NCBI GenBank assembly: GCA_965243025.1
Contig: CBDETY010000003.1
Coordinates: forward strand, 1,408,001 to 1,472,000
Length of the DNA stretch: 64,000 bases
Direction: 5' to 3'
Source: Candidatus Latescibacterota bacterium
GTDB lineage: Bacteria; Latescibacterota; UBA2968; UBA8231
Shown: in pieces, positions 39,647 to 48,362 of the stretch
Layout: the number at the start of each line of letters is the position of its first letter
Numbering within the stretch: the stretch's first letter is position 1
Notes under the pieces: model-generated
Seen by the model: the letters and a program-made list of their open reading frames with translations, nothing else
Told to the model about the DNA's origin: nothing
Database searches by the model: none
Position numbers and translations under genes: made by a program

Positions 39647-40750
39647 GTGCTGGTCTATCTCGGCGACTACCTGCAGTCGATCCAGTCCCTCTCCTACCTG
39701 CGGCTGTTCGACTCGATCAGCTTCCGCGCCATCGGAGGGGCCATTACCGCCCTGGTGTTCACCATCCTGTTCGGCTGGCCCATAATCCTCTACTTCTACC
39801 GCTCGGGCAAGCGGGACACGTCGCGAAAATACACCGACTTTCCGGTGACCGATCACCCCTCCAAGACCTACGGGGGCGGCCTGCTGGTGGCGGCAATCGC
39901 CCTGAGTGTGCTGCTCTGGTGCCAGCTGCACAATCCGTTCGTGATCATGTGCATGGCCGCGGTAACCTGGTTTGCCGCCCTGGGTTACATCGACGACTAC
40001 CTCAAGGTTCGCCACGGAAACAACGACCGCGGCCTGTCGGAAACCGCAAAGCTGGCGTTGCAGTTCTTCTACGCCGTCGTCTTCGCCGTCGTCTTCGTCC
40101 ACGACGGGCTGTCGCCGCTTCCCCCGGGGCTGGCGACGCAGCTCTACCTCCCGTTCCTGAAGAACCCGGTCATCGACCTGTCGTGGGGTTACGTGCCGCT
40201 GATCGTGTTCACCATAATCGCCATCTCCAACTCGGTAAACATCGCCGACGGCATCGACGGCCTCGCCGTGGTTCCCGTAGCTTTCGTCGTGGCGGTGTAC
40301 GGCGTCTTCGCGTACGTCTCCAGCCACGCCAGGATCTCCGAGTTCCTGATCTTTCCGTTCATCCCCGGGGCCGGAGAAGTCGCAATCATCTGCACCATCG
40401 TTTTCGGAGCCTGTCTGGGTTTCCTGTGGTTCAACTCCTATCCCGCGAATGTGATCATGGGAGATGCCGGGTCCCTGGCTCTCGGCGGGCTTATCGGAAC
40501 CCTGGTGGTCCTTGTGAAACAGGAGATCCTGTTCCTGATCGTCGGGGGGGTTTTCGTGGGAGAGGCACTTTCGGTCCTGATCCAGGAGAAGATCGGCATC
40601 AGGTGGCTCGGACGGAGATTCTTCCTCAGCGCCCCCATCCACCACCACTTTCAGGCGCGGGGGATCGCCGACACCAAGATCGTAATCCGCTTCTGGATCG
40701 TCGCCGGCATCCTGGCGCTGTGCGGCCTGGCGACCCTCAAGATCCGCTAG
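39647..40750 (+). CDS. mraY: Phospho-N-acetylmuramoyl-pentapeptide transferase (atypical MraY)
   Basis: ISFRA, GYIDDYLK, SNSVNIADGIDGL, WFNSYPA..MGDAGSLALG, APIHHHF, RFWI; GTG start. Confidence 0.92.
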   Translation: MLVYLGDYLQSIQSLSYLRLFDSISFRAIGGAITALVFTILFGWPIILYFYRSGKRDTSRKYTDFPVTDHPSKTYGGGLLVAAIALSVLLWCQLHNPFVIMCMAAVTWFAALGYIDDYLKVRHGNNDRGLSETAKLALQFFYAVVFAVVFVHDGLSPLPPGLATQLYLPFLKNPVIDLSWGYVPLIVFTIIAISNSVNIADGIDGLAVVPVAFVVAVYGVFAYVSSHARISEFLIFPFIPGAGEVAIICTIVFGACLGFLWFNSYPANVIMGDAGSLALGGLIGTLVVLVKQEILFLIVGGVFVGEALSVLIQEKIGIRWLGRRFFLSAPIHHHFQARGIADTKIVIRFWIVAGILALCGLATLKIR

Positions 40751-40910
40751 TGCCCCGTCGCAGAAATATCTCGACATCGGGAAGCCGATCCATCCCGGCT
40801 CACGGCGTTGCCTTCGCTCGCCGTACACCCTCGGTACGACTCGCTCAGGCGCCTTGTGAGCCGGGCGCCTCGGCATCCCAATATTGTCAATCTATCTCTG
40901 CGACGGGACA
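40751..40910. mobile_element. 160-bp palindromic MITE/REP-like element, copy 1
   Basis: Terminal inverted repeats TGCCCCGTCGCAGAAAT / ATCTCTGCGACGGGACA, flanked by CTAG and CCAG; 152/160 identical to 46167-46326 by manual count. Confidence 0.85.
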
Positions 40911-40965
40911 CCAGGCGCGCACCTTCAGGGCCGCGCAGCGGTCCCGGGCGCGAGCCGTTCGGGGT

Positions 40966-41439
40966 CTACAACAGCGGTTGAATTCCGTATAGGAACAGCA
41001 GCACCAGCGCGGCGCCGGCGAGAGCGGTGATCCACAGGGGCATTCCCCTGCCGTCACCAAAAACCTCCCGCCTGTAGCGGCGGTACTCGCCGGACAACAC
41101 CCGATGGCCGGAGCCGAAGGCGATGACGATGGCGACGAGGAGGAAATCGAGGCCCCGCGTTTCGGGGGCGAATGCCCGCGCCATCCCGAGTCCGTAGGGT
41201 ACCAGCGCGACGAGCAATCCGTACTCCCGGGTAAGGATCCCGTAGAGGATGATACCGGCGCTGAGGGAACTGATGGCCATCGAACTGACGGTGTCCGCCG
41301 CCGGCACCTCGAGTTTCATGATCAGAAGGGGAATCCCGACGACGAGATGAAGCCACATTCCGCAATAGGCGAAGAGGAAGATCGGGCGGCCCCGTGAGCC
41401 GGAGCCTGTCAGGAACTGGGCGAAAGAGGGTCGCTGCAT
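40966..41439 (-). CDS. Hypothetical integral membrane protein (157 aa)
   Basis: C-terminal part of the long minus ORF, from MQRPSFAQF; several hydrophobic helices; minus-strand TTGACA at 41529-41534 upstream. Confidence 0.7.
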   Translation of the reverse strand: MQRPSFAQFLTGSGSRGRPIFLFAYCGMWLHLVVGIPLLIMKLEVPAADTVSSMAISSLSAGIILYGILTREYGLLVALVPYGLGMARAFAPETRGLDFLLVAIVIAFGSGHRVLSGEYRRYRREVFGDGRGMPLWITALAGAALVLLFLYGIQPLL

Positions 41440-41559
41440 GATCGCGAGGGGTCTGGAAGTTGCCCCCGGGGGAAGGGCGAACTGCTCGTTGCGGGGAGGT
41501 CGGGTATATACCGGGAGCCGTTTCCCCCTGTCAAGCGTACCGGGTACCGGCCGGGAAGC

Positions 41560-43755
41560 TTGAAATACAAAGCCTTGCACCGTTCCATGTTCCCGGATGC
41601 CCCTGACGTTCCCCCCGGGCAACAGGAAGGTGGCTGCGATGAGGCCGTCCCCGAGGATGTGGGAGCGGGTGAACCTCGCGGCGGCAAAGATCTCGGGGAG
41701 AAACAGGTGCTCCAGCTGAACGGACCGCAATTGTCCACCGCGATCGAGGAGGTTCGGGGCGTTGGCTCGAAGCGGGGCCGGGCGCTCAGGGAGGCGGGGA
41801 TCGAAACCGTTGCCGACCTGCTCCTGCGGTTGCCGCGGCGGTACCTCGACCGCAGCGCCGTGACGGCGGTCTCCGATCTGGCAACAGGAGGGGAGGTGAC
41901 TGTGATCGCCACGGTAACCGCCTGCTCCTCGCCAGGTTTCGCGCGCACCCGGAGAGGCCGGCCGCTGCCGGCCAGCGTCGACGTCAGCGACGGCTCGGGA
42001 ACCCTCCGGTGCGTCTGGTTCCAGGGCGGCCAGTACGTCAGGGCGGAAGTCGGGGATCTCCTCGCCCTGAGCGGCAGGGTGGAAGAGTACCGGGGGCGCC
42101 TGCAGATGCCCCATCCGGAGTACGAGTTCCTCTCCTCGGCAGGGGACCGCGGGCTCATCCATACCGGGGGAATCGTTCCGCTGTACGCCACCACGGCCGA
42201 CATGAAGGAGCGCGGCCTGCGCAGCCGAGGATTTCGCGCTGTCGTGCGGACCGCCCTCGATGGGTACCTGCCGGGAACGGAGGAACCCCTCGACCCGGCC
42301 ATGCGCCGGAGGAACGATCTGGATGAATTGCACAACTCGCTCCGCACCATACACTTCCCGGGATCGTTCGACGAGCTCCGCAGGGCGAGGAAACGCCTGG
42401 CATTCGACGAGTTGTACGGCCTGCAGCTCGCCCTCCTCGAGCGGCGGCGGAGGCAGAGAGACCGCCGCGGGCACCAGTTCGGGAGGAGCACCAGGCTGGT
42501 TCCCGGGCTGTTGTCCTCGCTGCCGTTCGACCTCACCGGGGCGCAGTCGCGCGCCCTGTCCGAGATAAGCGCGGACATGGGGGATCCGCGGCCGATGCGG
42601 CGCCTTCTGCACGGGGAGGTCGGGTCGGGCAAGACCCTTGTCGCCCTCTGCGCCATGATGACCGCGGTCGAGGCCGGGTACCAGGCCGCCCTGATGGCGC
42701 CCACCGAAATCCTTGCCGAGCAGCACTTCTACTACCTCCAGTCCCTGCTGCAACCTCTCGGGGTCGCCGCGGTGCTGCTGGCAGGAGGTCAGAGGAAAGC
42801 TGTGCGCGAAGAAATCCTGACGGCGATCCAGTCCGGGGCCGCTGCGGTCGCCGTCGGAACCCACGCCTTGATCGAGACCGGGGTCCGCTTCAGCCGCCTC
42901 GGTCTCGGGGTCGTCGACGAGCAGCACCGGTTCGGGGTTGCCCAGCGCGCCAGGCTGTACGGGAAAGCCCCCGCCGCCGACATCCTCGTCATGACCGCTA
43001 CCCCGATTCCCCGCTCCCTCTCCCTCACCCTTTACGGCGACCTCGGAGTCTCCGTCCTCGACGAAGTCCCCCCCGGGCGCAAGCCGGTGCGTACCGAGCT
43101 GCGGACACCCGCCAGCCGCGCGAAGATCCTCGAGTTCGCCGCCAGCCGCCTGCGTTGCGGGGAACGCGTCTACATCGTGTACCCGGTAATCGAGGAATCG
43201 GAAAAGCTCGACCTTAAGTCCGCGGTCGACGGTTTCGAGGAGGTGAGGGATTCCGGGCCGCTGGCGGATTTCGAGGTCGGCCTCCTGCACGGGCGCCTGG
43301 CCAGCGCGGAGAAGACCGAGCAGATGGAGCGGTTTGCCCGCGGGGAGGTGCAGGTGCTCGTCGCCACCACTGTAATCGAGGTCGGGGTCGACGTCCCCGA
43401 GGCGACGGTCATGGTGATCGAGCACGCCGAGAGATTCGGCCTGGCGCAGCTGCACCAGCTGCGGGGCCGGGTCGGCCGGGGAGAGGGGCAATCCTATTGC
43501 ATTCTCATCGACTGCTCCGAGGCGTCCGAAAGGGAGGGCGAGACCCGGGCCGAACAGCGGTTGCATGCATTCTGCGCTACCAACGACGGGTTCGAGATCG
43601 CCCGCCGCGACCTCGAGATTCGCGGCCCGGGCGAGATTCTCGGGACGAGGCAGGCAGGGATCCCCCGGTTCGTCGTCGCCGACCCCCTGCGGGACCTCGA
43701 GCTCATGGAGGCTGCCCGCGCCGAGGCAAAGCGCACCCTGGCGGGGGCCGGATGA
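41560..43755 (+). CDS. recG: ATP-dependent DNA helicase RecG (start uncertain)
   Basis: PRRYLDRS wedge, RLAFDE, GEVGSGKT, MAPTEILAEQH, DEQHRFGV, MTATPIPR, QLHQLRGRVGRG, DLEIRGPGE. Confidence 0.97.
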   Translation: MKYKALHRSMFPDAPDVPPGQQEGGCDEAVPEDVGAGEPRGGKDLGEKQVLQLNGPQLSTAIEEVRGVGSKRGRALREAGIETVADLLLRLPRRYLDRSAVTAVSDLATGGEVTVIATVTACSSPGFARTRRGRPLPASVDVSDGSGTLRCVWFQGGQYVRAEVGDLLALSGRVEEYRGRLQMPHPEYEFLSSAGDRGLIHTGGIVPLYATTADMKERGLRSRGFRAVVRTALDGYLPGTEEPLDPAMRRRNDLDELHNSLRTIHFPGSFDELRRARKRLAFDELYGLQLALLERRRRQRDRRGHQFGRSTRLVPGLLSSLPFDLTGAQSRALSEISADMGDPRPMRRLLHGEVGSGKTLVALCAMMTAVEAGYQAALMAPTEILAEQHFYYLQSLLQPLGVAAVLLAGGQRKAVREEILTAIQSGAAAVAVGTHALIETGVRFSRLGLGVVDEQHRFGVAQRARLYGKAPAADILVMTATPIPRSLSLTLYGDLGVSVLDEVPPGRKPVRTELRTPASRAKILEFAASRLRCGERVYIVYPVIEESEKLDLKSAVDGFEEVRDSGPLADFEVGLLHGRLASAEKTEQMERFARGEVQVLVATTVIEVGVDVPEATVMVIEHAERFGLAQLHQLRGRVGRGEGQSYCILIDCSEASEREGETRAEQRLHAFCATNDGFEIARRDLEIRGPGEILGTRQAGIPRFVVADPLRDLELMEAARAEAKRTLAGAG

Positions 43756-43837
43756 TCCCGGGCTCACGCATGGAAAACCCGGTCGGGCTGTCGGCTGCCA
43801 CGGCCGCGGGGAACCGGCCGGCAACGCCGGGCAGTCG

Positions 43838-45424
43838 ATGAGCCCTGCAGCCCGATCCCTCTCCGGCAGCCGGGCGGCCCTGATCCTGGGCCTCGCCGCA
43901 AGCGCCGCTGTCCTCCCCTGGCTCCTGTCGGAGTGGGAGCTGAACCAGGCCCTGGGCTTCCCCCTGGACGATTCCTGGATCCACATGCAGATAGCCCGCA
44001 ACCTCAGCAGCGGCAACGGGATGTACTTCAATGCGGGGGAACCGGTCTCGGCTTCGTCGGCGCCTCTGTGGACTGTTCTGCTGGCGGGGTTGCACCTGCT
44101 TCCGGTCGACGTCGTCGTTGCCGCGAAGCTGGCCGGAGTCCTGCTTCTGTGGGGAACCGGCACCTTCACCTTCCTCCTTGCCCGCCAGGCCGGCTTGAGC
44201 GGCGGCTGGGCGTTGCTGGCCAGTCTCGCCGCGGCAACCACCCCGAGGCTGATCTGGGGAAGTCTGTCGGGCATGGAGATCACCCTGTACGCCGCCGCGG
44301 CGACGGCCGGGACCTGGCTCTGCCTGCGCTCCCGCGGGAAGCCGCCCGGGCCGGGAGCCACCGTTCTGCTCGCCGCGGCCGCACTGGCCCGGCCCGAATG
44401 CCTGCTCCTCTTTCCGGTCCTGCTTCTCGACAGCTGGCTGCGGATGCCGTCAAGGCCCCGGACCCGGGTCCTCCGCGATCTGGCGCGCCCCTGCCTGCTC
44501 TTCGCGCTGCTGCTCGCCCCCTTCGTCGCCTTCAACTTCGCCACCATTGGACACCCGTTTCCAAATACCTATTACGCCAAGGTGGGTCCCTACGGTCTGC
44601 CGGGAGCGCTGGCCCGGCTCGATGTTCTTCAAGTGTTGAAGTGCCTTTCCTACTACCCACTGCTGCAGCTGGTTGAGACAATCGAGTTCGGGGCGACCAA
44701 CAACGCCGTTCTCACTGCCGGAGCGCTCGCGGGTGCCTTCGCGGCGCGGCGCCGGCGCGCCGGCCCCGAGCGGCTGCTCCTGGTTCTGATTCTGGCGCTG
44801 CCGCTGGTCCGCGGCGTTGTGGCCCCTTACAAGGGAGCGACCTTTCAGCACGGCCGCTACGTCGCTCACCTGGTCCCGCTGATAGCGGTTCTGGGAACCG
44901 TCGGGCTGCGCGATTCCCTCCTCTGGCTGGTCAGGTCCGGCGGAGCTGCCCTTCCGCGGGAATCCCGGATTCTGCGGCCGGCCGCTTTCGCCTGGGTTGC
45001 GGTGGCCCTGAACGCTCTGCTCATGCAGCCGGGCGGCGCCCGGCAGTTCGGGGAGAACGTCCGCGACATCCAGCAGATGCATTTGCCGATGGCCCGGTGG
45101 ATCGCCCGCGAGACCCCTGAAGATGCCGTGGTTGCGGCACACGATATCGGTGCTCTCGGGTATTTCAGCGGGAGGCGGATAATCGATACCGCGGGACTGA
45201 TCAGCCCTGAGGTGCTGGCCTTCCTGAAGCCGCGGCAGGCTGCCGATGAGGGTGTGCTCCAATTCCTGATGGTGAAGAGGCCGGAGTTCGTCATTCTCAT
45301 GCCCAACTGGTACCCCCGATTGGTTGAATCCAGCTATCTCCTTCCCGTGCACAGCGTTTCACTCGAATCGAGATCCATAAGCGCCGGCGACCTCCTGGTG
45401 GCCTACCGCACGGAATGGCCTTGA
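43838..45424 (+). CDS. Polytopic membrane protein, GT-C-like glycosyltransferase
   Basis: DDSWIH..ARNL..G, SAPLW, SGME, ARPE, PNTYYAK, RY, DIGALGYFS..DTAGL. Confidence 0.7.
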   Translation: MSPAARSLSGSRAALILGLAASAAVLPWLLSEWELNQALGFPLDDSWIHMQIARNLSSGNGMYFNAGEPVSASSAPLWTVLLAGLHLLPVDVVVAAKLAGVLLLWGTGTFTFLLARQAGLSGGWALLASLAAATTPRLIWGSLSGMEITLYAAAATAGTWLCLRSRGKPPGPGATVLLAAAALARPECLLLFPVLLLDSWLRMPSRPRTRVLRDLARPCLLFALLLAPFVAFNFATIGHPFPNTYYAKVGPYGLPGALARLDVLQVLKCLSYYPLLQLVETIEFGATNNAVLTAGALAGAFAARRRRAGPERLLLVLILALPLVRGVVAPYKGATFQHGRYVAHLVPLIAVLGTVGLRDSLLWLVRSGGAALPRESRILRPAAFAWVAVALNALLMQPGGARQFGENVRDIQQMHLPMARWIARETPEDAVVAAHDIGALGYFSGRRIIDTAGLISPEVLAFLKPRQAADEGVLQFLMVKRPEFVILMPNWYPRLVESSYLLPVHSVSLESRSISAGDLLVAYRTEWP

Positions 45425-45460
45425 CATATGCACATTTGAATAGTATAATTATGTGCACAT
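45421..45460 (+). promoter_or_regulatory. Perfect-consensus sigma70 promoter with two palindromic operator-like boxes
   Basis: TTGACA (45421-26), 17 nt, TATAAT (45444-49); ATATGCACAT (45426-35) and ATGTGCACAT (45451-60). Confidence 0.85.
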
Positions 45461-45495
45461 CATCGTCATGTCAGAACCGACAGGAGGATCGGGAA

Positions 45496-45687
45496 TTGGA
45501 GAGATTTGATCGCGACCGCATCGAGCGCGCAGCGCGCATCTACGCCAGCAACCAGGATGCCGGCCTCGCCCTGGGGATAGCCCCCAGCAGTTTCGGCCGT
45601 CTTTGCCGGCGCTTCGGAGTCGAGACTCCAAAGGCCCGCCGCAAACACCGGGGCCGGGGGCCTCTCTCCGGGGATACCGAAGAGTGA
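45496..45687 (+). CDS. Small helix-turn-helix protein (63 aa)
   Basis: AGGAGG RBS then TTG; SNQDAGLALGIAPSSFGRLCRRFG resembles a Fis-like HTH; basic tail. Confidence 0.75.
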   Translation: MERFDRDRIERAARIYASNQDAGLALGIAPSSFGRLCRRFGVETPKARRKHRGRGPLSGDTEE

Positions 45688-45695
45688 GGTGGAGA

Positions 45696-46166
45696 ATGGC
45701 CGCCGGAAACATCAACAAGGTCATACTGGTCGGGAATCTCGGAGCCGATCCGGAAATCAGGTTCACGCCGAGCGGGACGCAGGTTGCCAGTGTGCGCCTG
45801 GCGACCGACGACGACTGGACCGACAACCGGGGACAGCGGCGACGCCGTACGGAGTGGCATCGACTCGTCCTGTGGCGGCGTTTCGCCGAAATCGCCGGCC
45901 AGTATCTCAGGAAGGGAAGCAAGATCCGCGTCGAGGGCAGGCTGCACACGCGCAACTGGGAGGACGTCCACCGGCGCCGGCACCACGTGACCGAGATCGT
46001 GGTTACCGACCTGCAGTTCATCGACGCGGCAGGGGGGCCCGGAGAGCTCGACATGAAGTACGGACGCGCGGAAGAAACTCAGCTCGAGCTCGAAGCCGTT
46101 ACCCGCCCGGCTTCACCTCCGGCCGCGGGGCGGTCTGACTATTCCTCCGACGATCTGCCGTTCTAG
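45696..46166 (+). CDS. ssb: Single-stranded DNA-binding protein
   Basis: INKVILVGNLGADPE, TEWHR, LRKGS..VEGRL, C-terminal DDLPF. Confidence 0.96.
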   Translation: MAAGNINKVILVGNLGADPEIRFTPSGTQVASVRLATDDDWTDNRGQRRRRTEWHRLVLWRRFAEIAGQYLRKGSKIRVEGRLHTRNWEDVHRRRHHVTEIVVTDLQFIDAAGGPGELDMKYGRAEETQLELEAVTRPASPPAAGRSDYSSDDLPF

Positions 46167-46326
46167 TGCCCCGTCGCAGAAATTTATCGCCATAGGGAAG
46201 CCGATCCATCCCGGCTCACGGCGTTGCCTTCGCTCTCCGTACACCCTCGGTACGGCTCGCTCAGGCGCCTTGTGAGCCGGGCGCCTCGGCATCCCGATTT
46301 TGTCAATCTATCTCTGCGACGGGACA
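46167..46326. mobile_element. 160-bp palindromic MITE/REP-like element, copy 2
   Basis: Same terminal inverted repeats as copy 1, flanked by CTAG (ssb stop) and CTGG. Confidence 0.85.
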
Positions 46327-46415
46327 CTGGTGCCCCGCTCTGCCGTTGCGCCAATCCAGGCTGAATCCGGTCGTCGCCGATCCCGGCCTCCTGAAGTCCC
46401 CGAAACCCGAACTGG

Positions 46416-46450
46416 AAGGGGAGATTGTGGAAAACAGTCTCCCCTTTCTT
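46416..46450 (+). terminator. Probable intrinsic terminator downstream of ssb
   Basis: AAGGGGAGATTGT-GGAAA-ACAGTCTCCCCTT followed by TCTT. Confidence 0.55.
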
Positions 46451-46622
46451 GACCCTGGATTCGGCGCGGCGCCATATTGGCCCGGAAAAGGGGCAAAAAC
46501 CCCGCAGCCCTCGCCGCTATGGCAGGCCCCTTCAGCTCCCGAGCGCCGGCAGCAAAGGCCGGCTGAAATTCAAGGGACTGCGCCAGATTCAGGAAAATGG
46601 TCTCAAAACCCCGGATGCGCCG

Positions 46623-47447
46623 ATGGAATTGCTCTCTGCAGAACGGATTCGCGAACTGACCGTCGAATACGACGGGGACCGGTCCGGAGACGGGCGCCCG
46701 CGGGTTCCCGATGACATCATCGAACGGATGAAGAAGGTGACGACCGAGGAGGCCTGGGGGGTCCTGGCAGGGGAGGAGTACCACTTCCAGTTCGAAGGGG
46801 AGTGGATAAACCTCCATCCCGAGCGCGTCCTGACCGGGCGCGCCGTGACCTGCCGCTACGTCCCCCATCGCCCCGATCTCAACCAGGTCACCGAGGCGGC
46901 AGGCAGCAGGGAAGGCCGCGTCGGCGGGCAGAACTCGTGGGTGATCGACACGCTGGTGGCCGGTGACGTCCTCGTCGTCGAGCTCTTCGGAAAGATCGTT
47001 CGCGGCACCTTTATCGGCGACAATCTCGGCACCGCAATCGCCGCCAACACCGGAGGCACGGGACTGGTCGTCGACGGCTCTATCCGCGACACCCAGCGGG
47101 TCCGCGAGCTGCCGATCAACGTCTTCGCAAAGGGGCTCCACCCGACTGGCATCGGCGAGGTCACCCTGACGGAGATCAACGGCCCGATCCGGGTCGGACA
47201 GGCGTCGGTGCTGCCCGGGGACATCGTGCTCGGGACCTCGAGCGGCGTCATTTTCATCCCTCCGAAGCTGGCCCGCCAGGTCGTCGAATCCTCGGAAACG
47301 ACGCGTCTGCGGGACTACTGGGGCAAGCAGTCCATTCGCGAGGGTCGTTACAGCCCGGGGGAAATAGACCGGGGCTGGACCGAAGAGATGAATGCCGAGT
47401 TCTCGGCCTGGAGCAGGACCGTCGACGTAAACGAGCTGGAGTACTGA
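46623..47447 (+). CDS. RraA-like / HMG-aldolase family protein
   Basis: GRAVT, GDVLVV, IGDNL, VVDGSIRD, PGDIVLG..GVIFIP; start approximate. Confidence 0.85.
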   Translation: MELLSAERIRELTVEYDGDRSGDGRPRVPDDIIERMKKVTTEEAWGVLAGEEYHFQFEGEWINLHPERVLTGRAVTCRYVPHRPDLNQVTEAAGSREGRVGGQNSWVIDTLVAGDVLVVELFGKIVRGTFIGDNLGTAIAANTGGTGLVVDGSIRDTQRVRELPINVFAKGLHPTGIGEVTLTEINGPIRVGQASVLPGDIVLGTSSGVIFIPPKLARQVVESSETTRLRDYWGKQSIREGRYSPGEIDRGWTEEMNAEFSAWSRTVDVNELEY

Positions 47448-47456
47448 CTGCCGGCG

Positions 47457-48362
47457 ATGCCGACCCGGGTGCTTCTCCTGCTCTTCCTGATCGCCGTTTC
47501 CTGGCGGAGCGCCGGCGGGTGGTGGGGTGACGGGCACGAGATCGTCACGCGGGCGGCAATACGCGCCCTTCCGGAGGAAGTTCCGGCGTTTCTGAAGGAA
47601 GGGGAGGAACTGGTCGCCAGCACCGTTTACGATCCCGACCTGGCGAAAAACCGGTCCCTGCCGAACCTTCGCGACCGCGAGCATCCCGAACACTTTCTCG
47701 ACATCGAGCTCCTGTCAGGCAGGCCGCTGCCGGCGACGCGGTACGAATTCGTGCGGCTCTGCCGGGAGGTCGGCGTCCGTCCCTCCAAGGTCGGCTTCCT
47801 GCCCTATGCCGTGGCCGAGTGGACTGAGCAGCTGACCCTGGCGCTGGCGGAACACCGCCGCTGGCCCGGGCTGAAGGCGCCGGAAAGCAAGGCCCTGGTA
47901 TACGCCGGACTCCTCGCCCACTACGCCCAGGACCTGTTCCAGCCCCTGCATCTAACTATCCATTTCGACGGCTACGCCCCCACCGACGGGGATTCCTCCG
48001 GGGGCGGCGGGTCGAAGCTTCATGCCGGTATCCACGAAAAGGTCGACTCCCTGATCGAGCGGGTCGCCCCCGACCCGGATGCTCTGGCGGCCGCCTGCCG
48101 CCCTCAGCGGTTCGGCGACCTGATGGCGGCTGTCCGGGCCCGCTTCGAGGAGAACCACGCCAAGGTCGGCAGGGTGTACGAGCTTGTGGATGGTTTCGAG
48201 CCGCCCTCGGAGCCGGCGGCCCGGTTCGGATGGCAGCAGGCCGTCGGCGCGGCGGAATTCACCGCTTCCCTCTACCTCACGGCGTGGAAGGATTCCGAGG
48301 AGGTGCGCCTTCCCGGGTGGCTCGACCGGCCCGGGCCCGGCAACCCGCCGGGCGGCAGGTGA
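47457..48362 (+). CDS. Secreted S1/P1 nuclease / Zn-dependent phospholipase C-like protein
   Basis: Signal peptide then WGDGH, PD, HFLD, HYAQDLFQPLH, IHEKVD. Confidence 0.75.
   Translation: MPTRVLLLLFLIAVSWRSAGGWWGDGHEIVTRAAIRALPEEVPAFLKEGEELVASTVYDPDLAKNRSLPNLRDREHPEHFLDIELLSGRPLPATRYEFVRLCREVGVRPSKVGFLPYAVAEWTEQLTLALAEHRRWPGLKAPESKALVYAGLLAHYAQDLFQPLHLTIHFDGYAPTDGDSSGGGGSKLHAGIHEKVDSLIERVAPDPDALAAACRPQRFGDLMAAVRARFEENHAKVGRVYELVDGFEPPSEPAARFGWQQAVGAAEFTASLYLTAWKDSEEVRLPGWLDRPGPGNPPGGR

Noticed and set aside
40966-44547. 1193-aa minus-strand ORF
   Set aside because: Mostly the antisense shadow of recG and the GT-C gene; only the last 157 aa (from ATG 41439) look like a real membrane protein
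40751-46326. CRISPR or composite-transposon reading of the two 160-bp repeats
   Set aside because: No repeat-spacer periodicity, cas gene or transposase; the enclosed genes (recG, ssb) look like host genes, so independent insertions are more likely
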